From contig CBDCTU010000004.1 of assembly GCA_965222415.1 (NCBI GenBank), forward strand, positions 256,702-320,701: a stretch of 64,000 nucleotides of DNA, written 5' to 3'. The first letter of the stretch is position 1. The number at the start of each line of letters is the position of its first letter. A program made the position numbers and the translations under genes. The DNA comes from Dehalococcoidia bacterium (GTDB lineage: Bacteria; Chloroflexota; Dehalococcoidia; Lucifugimonadales; UBA2985). The notes beneath the pieces are model-generated. The model was not told the DNA's origin, made no database searches, and saw nothing but the letters and a program-made list of their open reading frames with translations. Of this stretch, positions 8,181 to 17,160 are shown one piece after another.

Positions 8181-9584
8181 ATGAGTCAAGACCGGAAAGA
8201 GCTATGCACCCTGACCATTCGCGAGGCTGGCCTTCTGATAGCGTCCGGCGAGATATCGCCGGTGGAGCTGACCAAGGCCTTCCTCGAGCGCATTGATGAG
8301 GTGGACGGCAGACTCCACTCCTACGTGACAGTCCTGCCGGAGGAGGCCCTTGCCCAGGCGCGTGTCGCCGAGGCCGAGGTCTTGCAGGGGCTGTACAGAG
8401 GACCCCTTCACGGCATACCTATCGCCCTCAAGGACCTGTACGATACCGAGGGCGTGCGCACCACCGGCCAGTCCAAGGTGCTGGAATACCGCGTTCCGTC
8501 GGAGGACGCCACTACGACCCTCAGACTGAAGGAAGGCGGTGGCGTGCTGCTGGGCAAGCTGGCCATGCACGAGTTCGCCCTGGGAGGACCCAAGACCAGC
8601 CTCTTTGAGCAGGCGCGCAATCCCTGGAACCTGGACCACGTGACCGGAGGCTCCAGCAGCGGGTCAGGCGCAGCCGTGGCAGCCGCCCTGTGCATGGGAT
8701 CCCTGGGGTCGGACACCGGTGGCTCCATACGAGGGCCGGCCTCTCTCTGCGGCATCGTTGGATTGAAACCCACCTATGGCCGCGTGAGCCGCTACGGAGT
8801 CATACCCCTTAGCTGGTCTCTGGACCACTGCGGCCCCATGACCTGGACTGTGGAGGACGCTGCTCTGATGCTACAGGTCATCGCAGGGCCTGACCCCAGA
8901 GACCCGACCACAAGCCAGGCGCCTGTCCCGGACTACTTCGGTCATCTGAGGGGCGACGTCAGGGGCATGGTCATCGGTGTGCCGCGTCACTACTTCTTCG
9001 ACACGGACTCCGGCCTGGATACCGAGACCCTGGAGGCTGTTGACAAGGCGCTGGCTGACCTAGAGGCGCTGGGAGCGCGCCTTGAAGAGGTGGAGATTCC
9101 CAGCCTTGAGTACGCCGGCATATCCAACACGGTGATTATGCTGAGCGAGGCCTTTGCGTACCACCGGGACAACATGGTGTCTCAGCCTCAGAACTTCGGG
9201 GAGATGGTGCGGACGCGATTCTACCAGGGCAGCCTCTTCACGGCCCACGACTACATCCAGGCCCAGAGGGCCCGCAGCCTTCTAAAGCGGGAGTTTGCCG
9301 AGACGTTGCAAAGGGTGGACGTCATAGCTTGTCCCACCTCCGTCACGCCTGCGTCTACCTTCGAGGGGCTTGATCCGCTGGCTGCTCTGGGACGGCCCAG
9401 CTATTCAGCGCCCTTCAATCAGACTGGACTTCCCGCAATCTCCGTGCCGTGCGGTTTCACAGGCGCGGGCTTGCCCATCGGGTTACAGATAGCCGGAAAG
9501 CCCTTCGACGAGGCCACCGTAATGAACGTTGCCTACGCCTACCAGCAGCACGCCGGGTGGTTCGAGAGGCGACCGCAACTGTAG
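8181..9584 (+). CDS. amidase-signature family amidase (GatA/AtzE-like)
   Basis: 467 aa. Catalytic Lys context IALKDLYDT and GGSSSGSGAAVAA signature. Confidence 0.85.
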   Translation: MSQDRKELCTLTIREAGLLIASGEISPVELTKAFLERIDEVDGRLHSYVTVLPEEALAQARVAEAEVLQGLYRGPLHGIPIALKDLYDTEGVRTTGQSKVLEYRVPSEDATTTLRLKEGGGVLLGKLAMHEFALGGPKTSLFEQARNPWNLDHVTGGSSSGSGAAVAAALCMGSLGSDTGGSIRGPASLCGIVGLKPTYGRVSRYGVIPLSWSLDHCGPMTWTVEDAALMLQVIAGPDPRDPTTSQAPVPDYFGHLRGDVRGMVIGVPRHYFFDTDSGLDTETLEAVDKALADLEALGARLEEVEIPSLEYAGISNTVIMLSEAFAYHRDNMVSQPQNFGEMVRTRFYQGSLFTAHDYIQAQRARSLLKREFAETLQRVDVIACPTSVTPASTFEGLDPLAALGRPSYSAPFNQTGLPAISVPCGFTGAGLPIGLQIAGKPFDEATVMNVAYAYQQHAGWFERRPQL

Positions 9585-9665
9585 TCATCTTGGCGGCTCC
9601 CGCAAGCTACCTTACGGAAACCCTTGAATAACCCTTCCATTAGTTCTGGAAGAGGCGCTCCAACC

Positions 9666-9792
9666 GTCATTCCCGTGGAAACGGGAATCTATGGCGCAGT
9701 GCACAAGGCCGCGATGCCTTGAAAGAATCGCCTTGGATTCCTCGCTGCGTTCGGAATGACGCTAGTAGGGGCGGTTCGCGAACCGCCCCTAC
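9666..9792. repeat. REP-like cluster
   Basis: GTCATTCCCGTGGAAACGGGAATC hairpin (9666-9689), GGATTCCTCGCTGCGTTCGGAATGAC (9735-9760), and a perfect 28-nt palindrome GTAGGGGCGGTTCGCGAACCGCCCCTAC (9765-9792). Confidence 0.85.
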
Positions 9793-9841
9793 AGGAACTA
9801 TCTCTGACACCGTTCATCTGGTTCGACAGGCTCCACCCGCC

Positions 9842-11020
9842 TCAGACCAGCACCCTCTCATCCGTCAGGTGGGCAATCTCCTCCTCGGACATGCCCAGCA
9901 GGTCTCTCAGGACTTCCGTGTTGTGCTCGCCCAGGTCCGGCGCCCGGTCGTAATTCGGAGTCGGCGCGTCGCTCATGTGCCAGGGGTGGGCCACGTGCGT
10001 GTACGGATTGCCTTCAACCTCTCCGAGGGGTATGAACCGGCCCCGGTCAATAAGGTGCGGGTCGTTCACCAAGCCCTCGGCGTTCAGCGACGGCCCGGCG
10101 GCGACTCCCGACTCTTGCAGAATGTGCATCACCTCGTAGTCGGTGCGCTCCGAAGTCCACTCGGTGATTAGCTTGTCAAGCTCATCCTGGTTATGCCAGC
10201 GGCTGAGGGAATCTGCAAAGCGCGGATCTTCGGCCCACTCTGGATGGCCCGCGGCCTGGCAGAGGGAGGCCCACTCCTCCTCGTTGCTGACGGCTATGGC
10301 GACCCACTTGTCGAAGCCCTGGCAGCTGTACACGCCGTGAGGCGCCATTGCCAGGTCGCGGTTCTCCTGCGGGGTCTGGTCCCGCCCGTTGACCGTATAG
10401 TCCAGGAACCGCTCCGGCAGCGCGGCGATGACGTTCTCGGCCATGCACATCTCAATGTACTGACCCTGCCCTGTCTTCCGATGGTGGCGAAGCGCAGCGA
10501 GCACCGCGAAGGCGATGAGCATCCCCGTCAGGTGGTCCGCCCATATGCCGGCTACTTGCCCCGGCCTGCCGTCCTTGTAGCCTGTGAGATAGGACAGGCC
10601 GGCAAAGTTGGCGACCTCTGCGTAGTATCCTATGGCGTTCTTGTACGGCCCCCGGCGCCCCAGGCCGGTGCTGCACAGCATGATAACGTCGGGTTTCACC
10701 TTCTTCAGGTCCTCGTACCCAAGTCCCAGCCTTTCGATAACGCCCGTCCCGAAGTTCTCTACCACCAGATCGCTGACCTTCACCAGCTCCTTGGCGACCT
10801 CCACGCCCCTCGGGTCTTTCAGGTCCAGGGTGATGCTCTTCTTGCTGATGTTGTTCCTGACAAACCCGCCTGCAATCCGAGTGTCTCCAGGGTGACGGCT
10901 TGCGGTCTCTATCTTGATCACCTCCGCGCCCATCACTGCCAGCATCATTGTCGAGTAAGGCCCTTGCACCACCTGGGTGAAATCGGCAACTCTTATTCCT
11001 CCCAATGGTAGTCGGCTCAT
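9842..11020 (-). CDS. family III CoA-transferase (CaiB/BaiF family)
   Basis: 392 aa with N-terminal GIRVADFTQVVQGPYSTMMLAVMGAEVIKIE. Confidence 0.85.
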   Translation of the reverse strand: MSRLPLGGIRVADFTQVVQGPYSTMMLAVMGAEVIKIETASRHPGDTRIAGGFVRNNISKKSITLDLKDPRGVEVAKELVKVSDLVVENFGTGVIERLGLGYEDLKKVKPDVIMLCSTGLGRRGPYKNAIGYYAEVANFAGLSYLTGYKDGRPGQVAGIWADHLTGMLIAFAVLAALRHHRKTGQGQYIEMCMAENVIAALPERFLDYTVNGRDQTPQENRDLAMAPHGVYSCQGFDKWVAIAVSNEEEWASLCQAAGHPEWAEDPRFADSLSRWHNQDELDKLITEWTSERTDYEVMHILQESGVAAGPSLNAEGLVNDPHLIDRGRFIPLGEVEGNPYTHVAHPWHMSDAPTPNYDRAPDLGEHNTEVLRDLLGMSEEEIAHLTDERVLV

Positions 11021-11061
11021 ATCGCTCCCTCCCGTGTGACTTTTGCTATTCTGCTACGAGA

Positions 11062-12291
11062 TTATACGACGCCCATCTGACGCATACGCGCCAGGTCGTC
11101 CTTCGAGTACCCCAGTCTATTGCATAGCACCTCTTCGTTGTGCTGACCAAGCGAGGGCGCAGGCGACGATACCTGCCAGGGCGTCTCGGAGAAGCGGTAG
11201 GCCGGCCCCGGAGACTTGAACTCGCCTATCTGGGGATGCGCCATATCCACGAAGGTGCCCCGCTCCACGAAGTGAGGATGGTTCACCACGTCCTCCGCGG
11301 AGTGAACTGGGGAAGACGGGATATGCCCCTCCACCTGTAGCATCTGGTACAGCTCCTCCATAGTGTGCTGCTGAGTCCACTCCTCGACCAGGGGATAGAG
11401 GGCGTCCATGTTGTCTCTGCGGGACTCGCGTTCGTTGAATATTTCCCATTCCGTCCACTCCGGGTGTCCCAATACGCCCTTCAGGGACTCCCAGAAGTGG
11501 TCTTGCACCATCGTCAGGGTCACGTAGCCGTCCTTGGCCAGGAACGGCTTTCGGCCTGGGACTCGAAGCGCCAGGGCCGCTATCCTGGTGGGCGTCTCCC
11601 TCCTGTTGGTGTGGGCAATGATGTCGGATCCAATGGCCGATAGCAGCGGCTCCTGAATTGATACGTCCACGTGCTGACCCTGGCCGGAGAAGTCCCTGGC
11701 GAACAGGGCGCACATGGTAGCCGAGGCTGCGGTTATGCCGGCCTGAACGTTGCCCTGGTGACCGGCCGCCTTGAGGGGCGGATGTGTCTCCGGCTCCTCG
11801 ATTTCGCCCGGGGTCCCGTAGCCCAGTCCGCCTATGTGGAATGAGACCAGCTCCGTTGCCTTGTAGTCACGGTATGGCCCGGTCTGTCCGAAGGACGTAA
11901 TGGACGTAACGATCAGCGCCGGATTGATGTCCTTTATGGAGTTGTAGTCCAACCCCAGCTCCTCCATCACCTTTGGCGGATTGCCCTCCACCAGCACGTC
12001 GGCATCCTTCAGAAGCTCCTTGAACGCCCTTTTGCCCAGGGGCGTCCTGACATCCAGTGTAACGCCCATCTTGCTGGTGTTCATGTAAGCGAAGAGTAGG
12101 CTTCGCTCCGAGTGAGGTTCGTCGTTGGGGAAAGGCCCATAGCGTCTCGCGGAGTCGCCGGCACCCGGCGGCTCGACTTTGATGACCTCTGCGCCCAAGT
12201 CGGCCATGAGCTTGGTGCAGTAAGGCGCGGCAATGAAATCGCCGAGCTCCACGACTCTCAGTCCTGATAGCGCACTCTCTGCCATTTTCAC
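11062..12291 (-). CDS. family III CoA-transferase (CaiB/BaiF family)
   Basis: 409 aa with N-terminal LRVVELGDFIAAPYCTKLMADLGAEVIKVEPP. Confidence 0.85.
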   Translation of the reverse strand: MKMAESALSGLRVVELGDFIAAPYCTKLMADLGAEVIKVEPPGAGDSARRYGPFPNDEPHSERSLLFAYMNTSKMGVTLDVRTPLGKRAFKELLKDADVLVEGNPPKVMEELGLDYNSIKDINPALIVTSITSFGQTGPYRDYKATELVSFHIGGLGYGTPGEIEEPETHPPLKAAGHQGNVQAGITAASATMCALFARDFSGQGQHVDVSIQEPLLSAIGSDIIAHTNRRETPTRIAALALRVPGRKPFLAKDGYVTLTMVQDHFWESLKGVLGHPEWTEWEIFNERESRRDNMDALYPLVEEWTQQHTMEELYQMLQVEGHIPSSPVHSAEDVVNHPHFVERGTFVDMAHPQIGEFKSPGPAYRFSETPWQVSSPAPSLGQHNEEVLCNRLGYSKDDLARMRQMGVV

Positions 12292-12592
12292 CCCCTCGAT
12301 AGAAGGCTAGCCAGGAGCTATTCCTCCGTCCCTCACGGGGGAATATTCGCAGCGCCCGCCCCTCCTGGACTTCGCCCGGTTGGTGACTCTATTTTACGCA
12401 ATTTCGACCCTTTTATGTAACCCTTTCTTCCACACTTTACGCAGATTGAATGCGCCTCCCGACTGTGAGGAAGACAACCGAGGGTAATTTCGTAGTCCAT
12501 TGCGCAAATCGCTTTGTACACTACCCGTCATTTCTGGGTAAGGCGACCCCTGCATAGCTCCGTGTATCATCACGTGAAGAGGCGCGCCTACT

Positions 12593-12777
12593 GTCATTCC
12601 GAACATAGCGCAGCGAAGTGAGGAATCTAAAGCCTCTGCCTACAAAGCTGCATTGACTTGGATGGAACGCCTTGGATTCCTCGCTGCGCTCGGAATGACA
12701 TATAACGGAGTTTCGGAGCAAGTTGCGCAAAGGTCTCCTGAAGCATGTCCTCGCACTTGATACGGGGACAGGAATCC
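12593..12777. repeat. REP-like cluster
   Basis: GTCATTCCGAACATAGCGCAGCGAAGTGAGGAATC (12593-12627), GGATTCCTCGCTGCGCTCGGAATGAC (12674-12699), and a degenerate ...CACTTGATACGGGGACAGGAATCC unit (to 12777). Track ORFs 12521-12832 and 12627-12824 derive from the repeats. Confidence 0.75.
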
Positions 12778-12950
12778 AGGATGCCTGTGATAGGGTTCGG
12801 TAGACCACTGCTCTCCGTTCCCACGAGGACAAGTTCCGCAGGGGTGGTCTATGGGTATGACGTAGCTGCCATACTCACACTGGCTGGAATGTAGCCTCGA
12901 AGAAAGTCGCCCAAAGGTCTCCTCACCGGGCTGGGGCGTGAGAAACCTCT

Positions 12951-14357
12951 CTACAGCTCAGGCCGCTCCAGATGCCAGGGTGTGGCGGTCTGGTAGGCGT
13001 GGGCTGCCTGGAGGACAAGCGCATCCGCCAAAGGCTTCCCCACAAGCTGTAGACCTATGGGCAGGCGCGCCTCCGTGAAACCGCAGGGCGCCGATATGGC
13101 GGGCAGGCCCACCGCGCTGAAGATTCGCGTGATCCGCAGCAAGGCCTCCCTGGTTGACACATCCTGCCCGTCGATGGCAACGCTCTCCTGTTCGATCAAG
13201 GGCGCAGCTATGGACGTGGTGGGTACGGCCAGCAGATCTACCCGCTCCAGGGTGTCCAGGATACTCTGTCTGCACCTGGCCCTCACCCGTTGAGCGGTCA
13301 GGTACGCCTCAGCCGGTACGAATAGTCCGCTCTCGAATCGCCTGCGGATGACGGGGTCGTACCGACCGCCCGACGCCAGCAGCCGTGGGCGATGAATGGT
13401 GGCGGCTTCGGCGGTCTGGATCACGCTTCCCGCCGGGTTGATAAGCTCCAGGTTCGCGATGGACACCTCACGCACCTCTGCGCCCAGGGACTCCATAACG
13501 GCCACAGCCTCATCGAAAGCTGTGCGCACTTCCTGGTCTACCATGTCCCATACGTACTCCCGCGGCACACCGATGCGCATTCCCTTCACCCCGCGGTCCA
13601 GGTCCAGTGTGTAGTCCTGAGTCGGGACATCTACTGAGGCCCGATCTCTGGAATCGTGTCCGGCCAGAACGTTCAGCGCCAGGGCCGCGTCCTCCACAGT
13701 TTGAGCCAGCGGGCCGACGTGGTCCATGGACCAGGACAGCGGAGTGACCCCGAAGCGGCTGATAAGGCCGTAGGTCGGCTTGAGGCCGGTGATGCCGCAC
13801 AGCGCGGCGGGTACTCGTACGGAGCCGCCCGTGTCTGTGCCCAAGGCTATCGGCGCTTCCCCGCTCGCAACCGCCACTCCCGATCCGCTGCTGGAGCCAC
13901 CTGCCATACGCGCGGTGTCCCAGGGGTTGCGAGCTGGGCCGTAGTGGTGGTTTCGGCTGGTGCCGTCGAAAGCGAACTCCGTCATGTGGAGCTTGCCGAT
14001 GCAGTACGCGCCTGCCGCCATCAAACGTGAGGCTACGGCAGAGTCCTCACTGGGAACGAAATCTGCGTCCAGCAGCGAGCCGGATGTGGTCCGTACGTCT
14101 TTGGTCCAGAAGAGGTCTTTAAGGCCTACGGGTATGCCGTGGAAGGGGCCGCGGTACTCCCCGGCCATGATTTCGGCCTCGGCGGTCGCGGCTGCTCGGC
14201 GGGCGTGGTCGTCAAGGCGCGTGATGAAGGCGTTGAGCTTCGGCTCCACGGCCTCTATGCGTCGCAGGAAGGCCTCGGCGACCTCTACAGGGGACACCTC
14301 TTTGCTCCGAATGCGTTGGGCCAGCTGGGCGACGGTGAGCCGGGTCAGGTCCTCCAT
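12951..14357 (-). CDS. amidase-signature family amidase (GatA/AtzE-like), second copy
   Basis: 468 aa with VGLKDLFWT and GGSSSGSGVAVAS. Confidence 0.85.
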   Translation of the reverse strand: MEDLTRLTVAQLAQRIRSKEVSPVEVAEAFLRRIEAVEPKLNAFITRLDDHARRAAATAEAEIMAGEYRGPFHGIPVGLKDLFWTKDVRTTSGSLLDADFVPSEDSAVASRLMAAGAYCIGKLHMTEFAFDGTSRNHHYGPARNPWDTARMAGGSSSGSGVAVASGEAPIALGTDTGGSVRVPAALCGITGLKPTYGLISRFGVTPLSWSMDHVGPLAQTVEDAALALNVLAGHDSRDRASVDVPTQDYTLDLDRGVKGMRIGVPREYVWDMVDQEVRTAFDEAVAVMESLGAEVREVSIANLELINPAGSVIQTAEAATIHRPRLLASGGRYDPVIRRRFESGLFVPAEAYLTAQRVRARCRQSILDTLERVDLLAVPTTSIAAPLIEQESVAIDGQDVSTREALLRITRIFSAVGLPAISAPCGFTEARLPIGLQLVGKPLADALVLQAAHAYQTATPWHLERPEL

Positions 14358-14365
14358 AGACTCAT

Positions 14366-14563
14366 CTATCCCTCTGAAACGGCTTCAGGCGACGCCAGAG
14401 GGGCATCAGGCCGATAGTCGACGCTCCGGAGCAGGGCAATGCGCTGAAACATGACCTCCACCTCGCCGAACAGCTCCCGCAGGTGCGCTTCATCCATAGC
14501 CAAGCCCTGCTGCTCCGCCAGGATCAGGAACGCTTCGTAGGTCAGCCTGGGTTGTTCGGCCAT
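14366..14563 (-). CDS. GatC/AtzG-like small subunit, second copy
   Basis: 65 aa, ending 8 nt upstream of the amidase start. Helical LILAEQQGLAMDEAHLRELFGEVEVMFQRIALL pattern, more diverged than the 7977 copy. Confidence 0.45.
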   Translation of the reverse strand: MAEQPRLTYEAFLILAEQQGLAMDEAHLRELFGEVEVMFQRIALLRSVDYRPDAPLASPEAVSEG

Positions 14564-14593
14564 ACCGGACGCACTGTGTGGTTCGCCTTGTCC

Positions 14594-15421
14594 TCAGCTC
14601 TTCAGCTTGTAGGAGGGCTCCACCTCTTCAACTCGCCCTTCCTTCTTGAGCTTGTCCAGGTGGGTACGTACGTTGCGCGCCGCGCCGTCCCGGAGGCCCT
14701 TCTTGAGGTTCTTGGGGTAGATGTCCTTCACCATTTCGTCAACCTTGGTGATGCCCTTCTCCAGTGACGACAGCACCTCCTCCTCCCTCTGGCTCCGGTG
14801 GCTCATGTACCACTGCACCAGCCGCCTGCCCCTCGGGGCGGGCACAACCGCGCCGTGCGCCGGGCAGATGACGTCGTGCCGGAGCTTGGTCAGCAGCTGA
14901 AGCGACTTCATGTAGGCTAAGAGGTCCGACACGGTGGCCGACGAGGATCCCAGAATCGTGTCGCCCGTGAAGAGCACCCGCTCCCCGGCGAAGTGGAAGC
15001 ACACGTGGTCAACCGAGTGGCCCGGCGTGAAGATGGATCGCAGCGCCGCGCCTCCGCCCGTCCTCAGCACCTCTCTCGATCTCAGGGGCACGATCTGCTC
15101 CTTGGGAACCAGCGTTTCCAGGGTCTTGACCAGCTTGGGGTGGCAGCGGACTTCGGGTTCACCCATCGCGTCGAATACCTTGTCCAAGCCGCCGTAGTGG
15201 TCTGCGTGGCCGTGGGTTATGGCGATGCCGGCTATCTTCGGCTTGCCCAGCTCCTCGTAGTAGTCGATTATCTGTTGAGTCCAGGAGCGGTCGTGCTGGC
15301 CCGTGTCGATGAGGATCATCTCCTCGGTGGGGTCACCGACAAAGTAATTGTTGCTCCCTCCCGGGTGTCCCACCGCGCCGTCGTCGACGTGGCACGCATA
15401 GACGTGAGGTGTTACTTGCAT
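14594..15421 (-). CDS. MBL-fold metallo-hydrolase
   Basis: 275 aa with ITHGHADHYGG motif, later TPGHSVDH, and a C-terminal helical extension. Confidence 0.85.
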   Translation of the reverse strand: MQVTPHVYACHVDDGAVGHPGGSNNYFVGDPTEEMILIDTGQHDRSWTQQIIDYYEELGKPKIAGIAITHGHADHYGGLDKVFDAMGEPEVRCHPKLVKTLETLVPKEQIVPLRSREVLRTGGGAALRSIFTPGHSVDHVCFHFAGERVLFTGDTILGSSSATVSDLLAYMKSLQLLTKLRHDVICPAHGAVVPAPRGRRLVQWYMSHRSQREEEVLSSLEKGITKVDEMVKDIYPKNLKKGLRDGAARNVRTHLDKLKKEGRVEEVEPSYKLKS

Positions 15422-15461
15422 GGGTGTGTCCTCCTAAGTCCTGTCTTTGGCCGGATACTGC

Positions 15462-15881
15462 CTAACCGGCTGCAGTGTCCTTGATGGCCTGCTCCAGCCG
15501 GCCTCCGTAGGCGTCCTCCGTTTCCATGATGTGCTCCAGGACCTGACGCATTGACCACTCTCCTTCCGGGGCTCTGTCGAAGTCCTCGTCGGAGAGTCCG
15601 ACCAGAACTCCTTCCAGCCGCCCGCGTGCCTCCTCAAGCCTTCCCAGAATGGCCTCGGCCTCTGACTGAGCGATGCCTAGGTCCCGCAGGGTCTTCACCG
15701 CGTGGACTGTGTGCTCAATCTCGTGGTTGATGAGCTGGTAGAATATTGACCGTAAGGGCATCTGCCGCTGGCCCCATGCCGCCACCTCTCCCATTTGCGC
15801 CTCCGGCACGGACATCAGGCTCTTGACCAGATCGTCGTGCTTGGCCCGCATACGGGCCATGAACTCATCCTTACTCGACAT
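15462..15881 (-). CDS. DinB/YfiT-like four-helix-bundle protein
   Basis: ATG 15881 lies 5 nt after GAGGTG; the track ORF is 19 codons longer. Two DinB-like helix-pair repeats carry His motifs NHEIEH and VLEHI. Confidence 0.5.
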   Translation of the reverse strand: MSSKDEFMARMRAKHDDLVKSLMSVPEAQMGEVAAWGQRQMPLRSIFYQLINHEIEHTVHAVKTLRDLGIAQSEAEAILGRLEEARGRLEGVLVGLSDEDFDRAPEGEWSMRQVLEHIMETEDAYGGRLEQAIKDTAAG

Positions 15882-16274
15882 TTCGCACCTCGGTTTTCGG
15901 TATGGAATGACATCTTGAAGCTCTGCTTCGACGCTCATTTTAGGTCAATGGCAGTTGCAGTGCAACACCACCCGCTTCCACCACTCTTTCAGCCGGCAGC
16001 GCGATTCGCGTCCCTTGTTAACGCTTCTTCAGAAACTGTCCAGAAACCGACCAATGGTACTCTTGACACTCCAATCGTGGGAGGCCATATCATCCTAATA
16101 GCATTTTCCCGGGAGGATGGCTCCCTCCCCAAGACTTCCAAAGCCGCCTTATGGCGCTGGCTATTGGCTTTTTAAGGCCCCGTTCCCGACCACGGCCTTT
16201 TGTATCAGTGTGCCCCGGTTAGCGGATTGTTTTTCTATTATTTGTGCTGACCAGCATCAAAAGGGGGAAAGCCC

Positions 16275-17114
16275 ATGGTAAAAGCGGGCGCTTCTACCGT
16301 CCACCTTCTCAGCGATGGAATCATAAAGTACGACGGTGGGTCCGTTTTCGGCCAGGTCCCGAAAGTGCTGTGGGAACAGCAGGTTAAGCCCGACAGGTGG
16401 AACAGGGTAAGTCTGGGGCTGAACTGCCTTCTCATACGCACTGAACACGAGAATATCCTGGTGGATACGGGCGTGGGAAAGAAGGAGACCAGCAAACTGA
16501 GAGAGGTGTATGGCCTCTCCTCCAGCAAGCTGGCCAAAGGTCTGAAGGAGTTTGGACTTGCTGCCAAGGACATTGACAAGGTGATCCTGACTCACCTGCA
16601 CTTCGACCACTCAGGAGGCTGCACCAAGATTGACCGGTCCGGCGGGTGCATTCCCGTGTTTCCCAAGGCGACCTACTATGTCCAGAAGACCTGCTGGGAG
16701 GATGCCATGGCCCCCAATGAGCGTGGCAAGTCGTCCTACCACATGGAGGACTTCTCCTGCCTCAAGGATTCAGGCCAGCTTGCACTGGTGGACGGCGACG
16801 CCGAGATTCTGCCGGGACTGTGGGTCAAGGAGACGGGAGGTCACTCTCGTGGACACCAGGTTGTGAAGCTCAACTACGGCAGCGAAAAAGTGGTCTTCCT
16901 GGGAGATCTCGTTCCCACGTCTCATCATCTGTCCCTGCCTTACATCGCGGCCCACGACCAGTATCCTGAGGATACCCTGGAGATAAAGCGGGAGATGCTG
17001 GAGCAGGCCGCAAAGGATGGATGGCTGGTGATCTTCGGGCACGGCTGCGACGAGAGAGCGGGTTACCTGGAAAAGCGCAACGGCGGGATAACCCTGCGCC
17101 CCGTAAGCCTATGA
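16275..17114 (+). CDS. MBL-fold metallo-hydrolase
   Basis: 279 aa with LTHLHFDHSGG and downstream GGHSRGH. Confidence 0.85.
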   Translation: MVKAGASTVHLLSDGIIKYDGGSVFGQVPKVLWEQQVKPDRWNRVSLGLNCLLIRTEHENILVDTGVGKKETSKLREVYGLSSSKLAKGLKEFGLAAKDIDKVILTHLHFDHSGGCTKIDRSGGCIPVFPKATYYVQKTCWEDAMAPNERGKSSYHMEDFSCLKDSGQLALVDGDAEILPGLWVKETGGHSRGHQVVKLNYGSEKVVFLGDLVPTSHHLSLPYIAAHDQYPEDTLEIKREMLEQAAKDGWLVIFGHGCDERAGYLEKRNGGITLRPVSL

Positions 17115-17160
17115 GGCTTGGACTCGGCAGGCGCGCCTACGGCAATACTGGTACTGTTCG

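Noticed and set aside
15462-15938. Apparent circular permutation of a DinB fold, with a C-terminal-like HxxxH helix before an N-terminal-like EWSxxxVLEH helix.
   Set aside because: On re-reading, both halves show the same helix-pair pattern. This fits the internal pseudo-symmetry of the four-helix bundle, so there is no need to invoke permutation.
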